From Candidatus Poribacteria bacterium (lineage in GTDB: Bacteria > Poribacteria > WGA-4E > WGA-3G), in contig OZ240248.1 of the NCBI GenBank assembly GCA_965198235.1, positions 3,392,001 through 3,456,000 on the forward strand: 64,000 nucleotides of DNA, in the 5' to 3' direction. The notes beneath the pieces are model-generated. The model was not told where the DNA came from and did no database searches. It saw only the letters and a program-made list of their open reading frames with translations. Position 1 is the first letter of the stretch. The number at the start of each line of letters is the position of its first letter. This document shows positions 49,053-58,648 of the stretch, one piece after another. Both the position numbers and the translations under genes were made by a program.

Positions 49053-50802
49053 GAAAAAGGAGGGCGGTCTACTGAAGGTTTCCGAAGGTTTCCGAAAGTT
49101 TCCGAAGGTTTCCGAAAGCCAATATCACGTGCATTCCATCATTATAACACTTGTAATCTTTATCCTAACGTCCACGGCTATAGAGGCAGTTACCTTTACT
49201 GATGTCACAAGGGAAGCCGGCATCCGTTTTCAGCATTCAAGCGGAACCCGTTCCAGCCTACTCCCAGAAGACATGGGTTCCGGGGCAGGCTTTGCCGATA
49301 TAGACAACGACGGAGACATCGACCTCTATATTGTTAATATCCCCGGTCCCTTTACACAAGATGGAAATATTGTCCCGCAAGCCTCTATAGGCTTGCGAAA
49401 GGGAAACGCCAATGTCCTCTATCGTAACAACGGGGATGGTACATTTACGGACATCACGCGTGCCGCAGGTGTTGGGCATCAAGGATACGGCATGGGGTGC
49501 GTCTTCGCAGATTATGACGGTGATGCCGACCTCGACCTTTATCTAACCAACTATGGTGAGAATGTTCTCTATCGTAACAACGGGAACGCCACCTTTACCA
49601 ATGTCACAGAAGTTGCCGGTGTCGATTGCGAATTGTGGAGCACAGGTGCCGCCTTCGCAGATGTAGACGGCGACACCGATTTGGACCTCTACGTTTGCAA
49701 CTATGTCACCTACGATTTAGAACAATTGGAACAGATGAAGGAAGAGTCCCTACAATCTGGAAAACCCGTGCCGAGTGCCCTGAATCCGCATGTCTTTGAA
49801 CCACAAGATAACGTCTTCTATCGTAACAACGGGGATGGCACTTTTACCGATGCAACCGATGAAACGGGAATCGCGGCAGTAGGGGGTAGAAGCATGCAAG
49901 CCCTCTTTAGCGACTTTGATAACGATAACGATCTGGATCTCTATGTCGCAAATGATACCTCCACGAACCATATCTATCGCAACGATGGCGGTGGAAGATT
50001 TACTGATGTCAGCACTGAGTCGTGGGCGGCAGATTTTCGCGGTTCTATGGGGCTCACCGCTGGCGATTACGACGCTGATGGTGATATCGATCTCTTTATG
50101 AGCCACTGGGTGGACGAAGAAAACGCCCTCTATAGAAATTTGCTTGAAGAGGATGGCGCAACTGAACAGATCAGGTTCGTAGATGAATCCTATACTGCCA
50201 TGCTTGCTGAAGAGAGCATCAAACAGATCGGATGGGGCACGACCCTCTTTGACTATGACAACGATGGTGATTTGGATATCTTTGTGACGAACGGCAGCAC
50301 CTTCCAGGAGCTTAGACGACCAGAGGTGCTTATCCCCCAGGCTGATATGTTGTTCCGAAACAATGGAGATGAGACATTCACCGATGTTAGTGAAAGTGCT
50401 GGAATTGCAGCACTCCCTATCCGAGTCGGTCGCGGTGCGACATTCGGGGACTATGACAACGATGGTGATGTCGATATTTTCATTGTCAATAACCATGCCC
50501 CACCGACATTGTTGCGTAATGAGGGCGGAAACCGCAGCAATTGGCTGCAGGTCAAACTCGTTGGAACGGACGCGAATCGAGATGCCATCGGCGCGAAAAT
50601 TCAAGTAAAAACGGCAGATCAGACGCAGATACGAGAAATTTACGCAGGTGATAGTTACATGTCTTTTAACAGTCTCATCGCAGAATTTGGCGTAGGGAAC
50701 GCCACACAGATTGAGACGCTACAGGTTACTTGGCAGAACGGCGAAACGCAGAAGCTTCATAATGTCCCAGCAAACCAGCGAATCCGTATAACGCGAGAAT
50801 AG
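49036..50802 (+). CDS. CRTAC1/ASPIC-UnbV family FG-GAP repeat protein
   Basis: Repeated DxDxDGDxDL and LYRNNGDGTFTDV; C-terminal NRDAIGA..FGVG; start uncertain (49036, 49072 or 49129). Confidence 0.9.
   Translation: MTLFVKKKEGGLLKVSEGFRKFPKVSESQYHVHSIIITLVIFILTSTAIEAVTFTDVTREAGIRFQHSSGTRSSLLPEDMGSGAGFADIDNDGDIDLYIVNIPGPFTQDGNIVPQASIGLRKGNANVLYRNNGDGTFTDITRAAGVGHQGYGMGCVFADYDGDADLDLYLTNYGENVLYRNNGNATFTNVTEVAGVDCELWSTGAAFADVDGDTDLDLYVCNYVTYDLEQLEQMKEESLQSGKPVPSALNPHVFEPQDNVFYRNNGDGTFTDATDETGIAAVGGRSMQALFSDFDNDNDLDLYVANDTSTNHIYRNDGGGRFTDVSTESWAADFRGSMGLTAGDYDADGDIDLFMSHWVDEENALYRNLLEEDGATEQIRFVDESYTAMLAEESIKQIGWGTTLFDYDNDGDLDIFVTNGSTFQELRRPEVLIPQADMLFRNNGDETFTDVSESAGIAALPIRVGRGATFGDYDNDGDVDIFIVNNHAPPTLLRNEGGNRSNWLQVKLVGTDANRDAIGAKIQVKTADQTQIREIYAGDSYMSFNSLIAEFGVGNATQIETLQVTWQNGETQKLHNVPANQRIRITRE
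49074..49118. repeat. 10-bp tandem repeat (GAARGTTTCC-type, 4.5 copies)
   Basis: gaaggtttcc gaaggtttcc gaaagtttcc gaaggtttcc gaaag. Confidence 0.9.
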
Positions 50803-50825
50803 CGATCAGCAAAGAGGTCTGAACT

Positions 50826-52298
50826 ATGATTGATGAGATTATCAGATGTGCCATGATTAGAGATCCGGTAATCATAGCAAATCTTAAAATCATAAAAATC
50901 CCGGTTCTGACTGCTTCCATAGTCTTAATCCTGCTCTCATGCGGTGGAGATCCCACCATCGAACGCGGCAAGGCGTTTCTGGCAACAGGCGACACTACGG
51001 CTGCCATTCAGCAGTTTCAGGCGGCACTTAAGCAGAATCCTTCCAATGCTGAGGCTTACTATCAGCTCGGTTTGGTGTATGAAGGATTCGTAGATGCTAC
51101 GCAAGCGATCGATGCCTTCAGAAATGCTGCAAGGTTGGCACCGAAACGTGCAGAGATAACACTCGCACTCGGGCGTGTCTATTGGCACAGCGGTAACCGT
51201 TCCCTTGCGCTCACCGAGTTTCAAAATCTGCTGAGCGGTTCCCCAAAAAAGGAAATTCTCCTTCAGTTAGCAGGCCTTACGGGGGATGCTTATCACGTCC
51301 GACGTATTCGCACCGAAGGCAGCGACGACTACGAGCAGACTTTCACTGAAAAAGGGAATATGATGACGTTTACTGCAAAGTATACTGACGATTATAGTCC
51401 CGCAATTTCACCCGATGGAAAATGGCTTGCCTTCGCCTCAAATCGTCTCCAGAACGCTGAGTTGTATCTCATGGATATCGCAACTCGCACCCTACAGCAG
51501 CTCACGCATACCGATGAACTCGACGAATACATGCCTGCTTTTTCACCCGATGGCACGTCTATCGCCTTCGTTTCAGAGCGCACCCGTGGGGGTATGATGC
51601 TCCCGCCTGTCCAAGCGAGTGGTTCTGACCCGAAGACTGCGACTATCTATCTCATGGATATCGACGGGAGAAACCAACGTCCGTTAATCGATATAGAGGG
51701 CGCGCAACGCGCCCCTGTCTTTTCGCCTGACGGGCAAAAAATCGCCTTTGAATCCAAAGTCCCTATGCAGAAAACCGAGAGCGGTATGGGCGAGGTTACC
51801 TCGCCCCTACAGAATAACGCCACATTAGAAATCTACGTCATTCATATTGATGGCACAAACAAGAGGCAACTGACACATAACGATGTAGACGACGGGCATC
51901 CAACGTGGGCACCCAATGGAAAGCAGATCGCCTTCACCGGAATGGTCGATGACATCTACCAAATTTTCAGCGTCAATGCAGGAGGAGGCACGGTAAAGCA
52001 GCTAACGTTTGCGGGTACAGGTTCCCACTACCATCCGACCTTCAGTCCGGATGGCAAACGGATTATCTATGTCTCGAACGCGCACAACCATTATACACTC
52101 TGGATGATGGATGCCAACGGCACAAACAAGACCCAACTCACGAACCACATCGGTGCACATTTTGAACCTAGCCTCTCAAGCGACGGAAAAACGCTTGTAT
52201 TTAGTTCTGACCGTTCGGATCACATGCGAATCTATCTCATGGATATGACAAAACCCCTCCAAAAAGCAGAATTGAAAGCAAGGCTGGCACGGGAATAG
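50826..52298 (+). CDS. TPR + TolB-like (PD40) beta-propeller lipoprotein
   Basis: LLSC lipobox, TPRs, repeated P.FSPDG..IAF.S. Confidence 0.88.
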   Translation: MIDEIIRCAMIRDPVIIANLKIIKIPVLTASIVLILLSCGGDPTIERGKAFLATGDTTAAIQQFQAALKQNPSNAEAYYQLGLVYEGFVDATQAIDAFRNAARLAPKRAEITLALGRVYWHSGNRSLALTEFQNLLSGSPKKEILLQLAGLTGDAYHVRRIRTEGSDDYEQTFTEKGNMMTFTAKYTDDYSPAISPDGKWLAFASNRLQNAELYLMDIATRTLQQLTHTDELDEYMPAFSPDGTSIAFVSERTRGGMMLPPVQASGSDPKTATIYLMDIDGRNQRPLIDIEGAQRAPVFSPDGQKIAFESKVPMQKTESGMGEVTSPLQNNATLEIYVIHIDGTNKRQLTHNDVDDGHPTWAPNGKQIAFTGMVDDIYQIFSVNAGGGTVKQLTFAGTGSHYHPTFSPDGKRIIYVSNAHNHYTLWMMDANGTNKTQLTNHIGAHFEPSLSSDGKTLVFSSDRSDHMRIYLMDMTKPLQKAELKARLARE

Positions 52299-52377
52299 AG
52301 GTCTACAAAAGACTGATGAGATTATCAGATGTGCCATGATTATCGGAGGGCCCATCATCAAGGAAAAAGTCTGAACT

Positions 52378-54813
52378 ATGATTTATCAGATTATCAGATT
52401 TACCATGATTGGGTGTGCTTGTAATCATGGTAAATCACATAAATCACAAAAATCTCGGTCAAAAATCCCGGTTCTGACTGCTTTCATCTTCCTCATTTTC
52501 CTCATTGGTATCGGTTGCAATACAGATGCACCCCGTAGGAGGAATTTGCAATCCCGAATTCCTTCTCCGCGATTCACGGCACATTATCAAAAAGGGGTGG
52601 ACGCGCTGGACATGAATAACTTCGCTGAAGCGGAAAAAGCGTTTCAGGCGTGTCTGCAGATTGATGCCAACGCCCACGATGCACGCATGTTGCTCGCACG
52701 CACCTATATCCGAGAGCAGAAATTTACTCGTGCCGAAGAGACGTTGCAAACACTAATAGAATTGGTTAAACAGGTCCCCGAAGAGAAAGATAAACTCTCA
52801 AGAGCCTACCTAACGTTAGCACAGGTTTTCAGTTATCAACAACGCTTTTCTGATTCTACCACTGCGCTCACCAATGCTTTGGAGGTAAACCCTGACGATA
52901 CCGAGGCACGCATTAGACTCGGCTATTTCTTAGGCGCGCCGCAACAGATGCTCGTCCCGGACCTCTCTGCATCCAAACGGCAGTTTGAAAAGGTACTGGA
53001 ACTCGAACCGAATAATCTTGAGGCGATGCTCCAACTCGGTTTAGCCGAATTCCGACTCGGTGAAGCCGACAAAGCCGCTGAACGGTTTAAAAGTATTATC
53101 CAAAATTACCGTCGTCATTCGGGGGCGTACTATTATCTCGGCGTTTATCATCTCCGACACGGCGCGCCTGAAAAAGCCGTCGAAAATTTCAAAGAATCGC
53201 TCCGTCTCAAACCTCGCGACCCCGAAACCTTGTGGAACTTGTGGACGGCTTATGCAAAACTCGGTGGCTATCCAGAGGAAGTGCCAGCGGAATTTAAAAT
53301 CCAGCCGTGGGAGGGGTTTGTAACCCCGAATTCTGTAGGGCAGGATTCTCTATTTATTGATGTGGCATCTGACTTAAAAATGGACAAAGTCGATGGCGGG
53401 CGCGGCAGTGCCTGGGGCGACTACGATAATGACGGAGATCTGGACATCGTTGCTGTTGGCACGTATCAACCACACGCGCTTTTCCGTAATAACGGCGATG
53501 GCACCTTTACGAACACCGCAGATCAAGCAGGTATCGCTGATCCGAGAGGCGGTTGGGGGTCACTCTTCGCCGATTACGATAACGATGGTTATTTGGATCT
53601 CTACATCACCCGTGGGGGTTGGTCTGGCGCAGCGGAGAACACGCTCTATCATAACAACGGTGATGGCACATTCACCGATGTCACACACACTGCAGGTGTC
53701 GCAGATCCACAGAGCAGTTTCTGTGCCGCGTGGGCGGATTATGACAGCGATGGCCACCTCGATCTCTACATTGCGGACGGAGTTATCGGCGATGGTGCGG
53801 CGAATGTCTTATATCATAACAATGGCGATGGCACTTTCACGAATACAGCGGCGGCAGCCGGTGTCGCGGATACTGGCAACTCTCTCGGAACCGCTTGGGG
53901 TGATTACGATAAGGACGGGTATATCGACTTGCATGTCGTCAATTACGGACAGTCCAATGTGCTTTACCGCAACAACGGCGATGGCACTTTTACAGACGTC
54001 ACCCTGTCAACTGGCATGAATCTCCCCGTTACGGATGCTTTTGTCACCTTCTTTTTAGATGTAGACAACGATGCAGATCTGGACATCTTCATCTCAAACT
54101 CAGGCTCTTTTCAAGCCTTCATCGCCGGTCAAATCACAGGTAGTGCCCCACACGACGGCGATCGGCAGGTACTTTATCGGAATAATGGCGACGGCACTTT
54201 TACGGATGTCACCCGTGAATCGGGACTCTACCACGCTTTCGGCGCGATGGGGGCGAACTTCGGAGACATCAATAGCGACGGTTACCTCGACATCTATCTC
54301 GCCACCGGGGCACCACAGATGGGACGACTCGAACGCGACGCACTCTTCCGCAACAATGGCGATGGCACTTTTACCGATGCGACGGCTGCTCTGGGTTTAG
54401 GGAACATCGGGAAAGGACACGGCGTAACCTTCGGTGATGTCGATACGGATGGTGATGTTGATATCTATGTCCCTGTCGGCGGAGCGTTTATCGGCGACCA
54501 GTGGCACAATCTTTTCTACCGCAACGGTGGAACTGGAAACAACTATCTCACCCTAAAACTGGTCGGGGTCAAAAGTAATCGAGACGGCATCGGTGCCAAA
54601 GTAACCTTGCACATGGGGGATAACATAATTTACCGAGAGGTCAGCGGTGGATGTGGGTTTGGATCGACCAACAGTCTATCGCTTGAAATCGGGCTTGGGA
54701 CACACGCAAAAGTCGATACACTTGAGATCATCTGGCCCTCTGGTCAGGTGGATACGCATCGAAACCTGTCTGTCAATCAGAAACTTGTTGTTACTGAAGG
54801 AGAAGGTCTATGA
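52378..54813 (+). CDS. TPR + FG-GAP/CRTAC1 family lipoprotein
   Basis: GIGC lipobox-like, TPRs, WGDYDNDG and NNGDGTF repeats, SNRDGIGA. Confidence 0.9.
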   Translation: MIYQIIRFTMIGCACNHGKSHKSQKSRSKIPVLTAFIFLIFLIGIGCNTDAPRRRNLQSRIPSPRFTAHYQKGVDALDMNNFAEAEKAFQACLQIDANAHDARMLLARTYIREQKFTRAEETLQTLIELVKQVPEEKDKLSRAYLTLAQVFSYQQRFSDSTTALTNALEVNPDDTEARIRLGYFLGAPQQMLVPDLSASKRQFEKVLELEPNNLEAMLQLGLAEFRLGEADKAAERFKSIIQNYRRHSGAYYYLGVYHLRHGAPEKAVENFKESLRLKPRDPETLWNLWTAYAKLGGYPEEVPAEFKIQPWEGFVTPNSVGQDSLFIDVASDLKMDKVDGGRGSAWGDYDNDGDLDIVAVGTYQPHALFRNNGDGTFTNTADQAGIADPRGGWGSLFADYDNDGYLDLYITRGGWSGAAENTLYHNNGDGTFTDVTHTAGVADPQSSFCAAWADYDSDGHLDLYIADGVIGDGAANVLYHNNGDGTFTNTAAAAGVADTGNSLGTAWGDYDKDGYIDLHVVNYGQSNVLYRNNGDGTFTDVTLSTGMNLPVTDAFVTFFLDVDNDADLDIFISNSGSFQAFIAGQITGSAPHDGDRQVLYRNNGDGTFTDVTRESGLYHAFGAMGANFGDINSDGYLDIYLATGAPQMGRLERDALFRNNGDGTFTDATAALGLGNIGKGHGVTFGDVDTDGDVDIYVPVGGAFIGDQWHNLFYRNGGTGNNYLTLKLVGVKSNRDGIGAKVTLHMGDNIIYREVSGGCGFGSTNSLSLEIGLGTHAKVDTLEIIWPSGQVDTHRNLSVNQKLVVTEGEGL

Positions 54814-56195
54814 GTGAGAGTATATACAATTCCCCCAGGTCTGCTCTGCTCATAGAAGATGAGATGGCTCTCTTCGTTGATTATTATCAACTCACGATGG
54901 GTCAAGCAGATTTCAATGTTCAGAACGACAAGATTATCACGGCAAACTACTATGTCCGAGAAGTTCCGCAAGGACAGTATCTCATAACGGCTGGATTGGA
55001 ACAGGTTATCCATTACGTCTTAAATTTACGCTTCACTGATGCCGCACTTGACTGGTTGGCACAACGGGGTGACCTAAGCTCTGACTACCTTGCCTCCCTT
55101 AAGGACTTCCGCTTTGATGGCTCCATTTTCGCCGTTCCCGAAGGCACGCTTGTTTTTCCCAATGAACCGATTATCAATGTCACGGGTCGCTCCAGGGATG
55201 TACAACTTTTTGAGACCTATCTGCTCTGCGTCATGAACTTCCAGACGCTGATTGCCACGAAAGCCTCACGAATTGTAGAAGCCGCGCAAGGCAGCCCCGT
55301 ATTTGACTTCGGTGCGAGGCGGGCACACGGCAGAGATGCCGGAATCCTCGCCGCTCGTGCCTCCTTCATCGGTGGTGTGAGTGGGACATCGTTAGTGCTT
55401 GCCGGACACTATTTCGATATTCCTTACGTTGGCACGATGGCGCATAAGTTCATCTCCGAACGTCCTACCGAGTTAGAGGCTTTCCGCGACTATGCGATAG
55501 CCTTTCCGAACAATACCATTCTCCTGATTGATACGTACGATACACTTCAGGGGGCGCGAAATGCTTGCATCGTTGCGAAGGAGATGGAGGCACGCGGTGC
55601 GCGATTACGCGCAGTCCGATTGGACAGCGGCAACCTCTTAATCCTCAGCAAGGAGGTGCGTTGTATCCTTGATGCTGAAGGGCTCAATTATGTCAAAATT
55701 ATCGCAAGTCATGAACTTGATGAATTCCAGATAGACGCTTTGCTCCAAAACGGTGCACCGATCGATAGTTTCGGAGTCGGCACGCGGCTCGCTACAGGTG
55801 CGAACTTCGATTCAATCACCGGTGAGGGTGGTACCTCTGCCCTCGGTGGTGTTTACAAGTTAGTAGAGAGCGATGGCAAACCTGTTGGGAAACGGTCGCT
55901 GGATGAACCGTCTAAAGCGACGATACCGGGCAAAAAGCAAATCTATCGCGTCGCTGACGCAGACGGGAATTATGTCAAGGACTGCGTGACACTCTGGGGT
56001 GAAGTGATCTCCGAGGGGCAGCCTCTCCTAATTCCGATTATCCAAGACGGGGAGTTGGTATATGATTTTCCGGATCTGCATGACATCCAGACACAGACAG
56101 CTGCAGAACTCAAAAGATTACCGGATTCACATAAAAGTTTGACAGAAGCGGAACCTTATCTTGTAGAGTTACATCCGACGTTAAGGAATTTATAG
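54810..56195 (+). CDS. pncB: Nicotinate phosphoribosyltransferase
   Basis: DYYQLTM, DFGARRAH, GTMAH, LIDTYDT, VRLDSG, FGVGT, GGVYKL. Confidence 0.96.
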   Translation: MSESIYNSPRSALLIEDEMALFVDYYQLTMGQADFNVQNDKIITANYYVREVPQGQYLITAGLEQVIHYVLNLRFTDAALDWLAQRGDLSSDYLASLKDFRFDGSIFAVPEGTLVFPNEPIINVTGRSRDVQLFETYLLCVMNFQTLIATKASRIVEAAQGSPVFDFGARRAHGRDAGILAARASFIGGVSGTSLVLAGHYFDIPYVGTMAHKFISERPTELEAFRDYAIAFPNNTILLIDTYDTLQGARNACIVAKEMEARGARLRAVRLDSGNLLILSKEVRCILDAEGLNYVKIIASHELDEFQIDALLQNGAPIDSFGVGTRLATGANFDSITGEGGTSALGGVYKLVESDGKPVGKRSLDEPSKATIPGKKQIYRVADADGNYVKDCVTLWGEVISEGQPLLIPIIQDGELVYDFPDLHDIQTQTAAELKRLPDSHKSLTEAEPYLVELHPTLRNL

Positions 56196-56261
56196 GACCA
56201 TAAGTTGGATTGAACGCAGGGTCTGCGATTCCCGACTTTTTCTGACTGCTGATCGCTGACA

Positions 56262-58253
56262 CTATTGGTTGGATTCTGCTTTTTCTCTGCTAAGACGTTT
56301 TCGATTTTCTTTGATGAACCGCATAACTGTATCTGAATCAGCAGCTTGTAGATTTCCGAGGGTGCTCGCTTCTTCGATGAGCATCGTCATTTGCATAGAG
56401 TTGTCCGTAAGTAGACTTTCCGCCCTTTTATAATAATAGGCTGCCTGTGCGGTTTCACGCTGATTTTCACAGATGGCGGCGAGATAGACGTAAGCAGCAG
56501 CGAGACGTGGTGACTGCGTCCGGTTTTGAATAAACTCCTCAAAAGCGAAACGAGCCTCGTTGTAACGTCTGTCATCGTAATGAACACGTCCAATCCGAAA
56601 CTGTGCCCTATCGGCGAAACTGTCCTTATAGCCCCCCGCGAGGTACCGGTCCCGTTCTGGGTATCCAATCGTCGTTTCGTAGGCTTGCAGTGCCTCATTG
56701 TAACGATGAAGTTTTCTGTAGAGTTCGCCCAACTGAAAATTTGCCATCATCGCTTGCAGGGTGTTCGGATGCGTTTCAATAACCTTTTTGTAGGCTTGAA
56801 TCGCTTCGTTAGGCGTGGAAAGTTGCTCAGCGTAGATGAGTCCGCTGCGGTAGAGTGCTTCGGCGGAATGCGTCAAATCGGCGTGATGCTCCGATACCTC
56901 TTGATATGCCTCAATTGCCTTTGGATAGTCCTGTAACGGTTTCCGTTCGTAGATGGTCCCGATTTGCAACCGCGCACGTGCTACCTCTATAGGTGCCAAG
57001 TTTTGGTCTTGGAGTTTCTCACGCAGGTTTTCGATGGCTGTAAGTTGCTGAAGTGTTGGAAGTCGTTCCGCTGCCTGCTCTGCTTGAGGGGTATGGGGTG
57101 CCCTGGCGATGAGATGTCGGGCGATACTTAATGCTTCAGAAAAGTCTCGATCTGTACTCGCTTTATTCAACCGTTCTAATTCCACTGTTGACATCTGTTC
57201 TGCGAGTTCCTCAATTTTCTTACCAATTTGTGCCTTCACCTCAGACACGCTTTTGTCATGCATTGAGATCTGTCCTAAGTACCCCGGATCGAGTTGTGGC
57301 AAATAGGCATGAAGGAACGTTTCAAAAGCCCCTATCGCTTTCGGATAGTTCAAGGTTTGTTCATAGCAAACGCCTGTCCAATAGAGAACAGCATGCATAT
57401 TCCAGAAGTTCGGGTATCTCTGTTTCAGTTTCTCAAAGATAGGGATTGCTAATGAGTACTTCTCGGCTGTGCGATGGATATTTGCCATTTGAAAGAGTGC
57501 CTCCGCAGCGAAATTGCTGGTCGGGTAATCTTCAATGACTTTTCTGTACGTTGCCATTGCTAAAGCCGATTGATTCAGAATGGTATGCCGTAAATGTGCG
57601 ATGCGCCATCTCGCTTCTGGTGCCATAATCGCATCAGGGTGTGCCTCGAGAAGCGACGTATACTCCTCAATTGCCTTTTCAGGCTGGTTGAGTTGGGAGT
57701 GATTCCGATAGAGTTCAGCGATCTGAAATTGAGCGATGGCGGCAAAGGGTGTCCCTTTATACTGGATCGCAATACGCTGCTGTTCCCTTAGATCAGAGAG
57801 TGCGCTGTTAATATCACGCATCTTCTGCAAGCCAGTTTTATGCACGAAATGCGAGACAGGAGCGAGTTTAATTAATCTGTCGTAAGTTTGGATAGCATCG
57901 TGGTAATTGCCCATACGGCTATGGACATCACCTTTTTTGATAATGGCGAGGAAGAGCTCCTCAGCGGCAAGCCCATTTTTCTCAAGTTTTAGAATTTTGT
58001 CGTAAGCCTCCATCGCTCTGGTGTACTGGTGCGTATAGTTATAGTGGATCTCGCCAATCTGGTAGTAGCACCAACTTTTCACAGCAATGTCTTTGGCAGA
58101 TTCCGCAAGTGCCTCCAGTTTATTATTGGCTTCCGTGTAGCGTCCTGCCTGAATTAAGACGTGGACCTCTTCAAAGTGAGCATAAGCAAACGGGCAGAGG
58201 AGAAAAATCAGCAGCACGTATGAGAGAAGTATAAGTCTACTTCGCGTTTCCAT
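56262..58253 (-). CDS. Secreted multi-TPR (BamD/CpoB-like repeats) protein
   Basis: Signal peptide ending AYA; many YP.S..A.EAL TPR pairs. Confidence 0.88.
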   Translation of the reverse strand: METRSRLILLSYVLLIFLLCPFAYAHFEEVHVLIQAGRYTEANNKLEALAESAKDIAVKSWCYYQIGEIHYNYTHQYTRAMEAYDKILKLEKNGLAAEELFLAIIKKGDVHSRMGNYHDAIQTYDRLIKLAPVSHFVHKTGLQKMRDINSALSDLREQQRIAIQYKGTPFAAIAQFQIAELYRNHSQLNQPEKAIEEYTSLLEAHPDAIMAPEARWRIAHLRHTILNQSALAMATYRKVIEDYPTSNFAAEALFQMANIHRTAEKYSLAIPIFEKLKQRYPNFWNMHAVLYWTGVCYEQTLNYPKAIGAFETFLHAYLPQLDPGYLGQISMHDKSVSEVKAQIGKKIEELAEQMSTVELERLNKASTDRDFSEALSIARHLIARAPHTPQAEQAAERLPTLQQLTAIENLREKLQDQNLAPIEVARARLQIGTIYERKPLQDYPKAIEAYQEVSEHHADLTHSAEALYRSGLIYAEQLSTPNEAIQAYKKVIETHPNTLQAMMANFQLGELYRKLHRYNEALQAYETTIGYPERDRYLAGGYKDSFADRAQFRIGRVHYDDRRYNEARFAFEEFIQNRTQSPRLAAAYVYLAAICENQRETAQAAYYYKRAESLLTDNSMQMTMLIEEASTLGNLQAADSDTVMRFIKENRKRLSREKAESNQ

Positions 58254-58648
58254 CTTTTTAACTATGGGGCCTCTGAGCCGCTCTCCATTTCATTACGAGC
58301 GGGTTTCCGGTCAATTCGCGACTGGGATTGAGGATTTGTACCTGGCTTCTTTTGGTTAATATCGCACGCCTCCGCTGAATCCGACGCATTATAATTTTAG
58401 CCACCGCCGCAACGGCGCAGGCGATCCTTAAGCGAAGATCCTTATTAGACCAATTGCCTGATTTAACGCTTTGCGAATCGTTAAAAAGGAGCGGTGCCCA
58501 GGTGTTAATCATTTTTTTACTTATGGTGCCTCCGCGCATCGTTCCACGATGGTTTCTGATTTGAGAGAAGTTGCCTCTGTTGTAAACACTTTGTTTGAAC
58601 ATATCGGAACCCACCGCGTAATGAAATGGAGCGGTGCCCAGGTGTTAA

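Noticed and set aside
49750-50604. 284-aa antisense ORF
   Set aside because: It is a shadow of the CRTAC1 gene caused by codon bias and has no recognisable motifs.
53420-54380. Regularly spaced AACAACGGCGATGGCAC-like repeats resembling a CRISPR array
   Set aside because: They encode the NNGDGTF motif of FG-GAP repeats and vary at third codon positions; no cas genes are present.
58258-58614. 118-aa ORF between the TPR and anti-sigma genes
   Set aside because: It is composed of repeat arms seen elsewhere as non-coding, and the homologous segment at 45969-46136 has stops in the equivalent frame.
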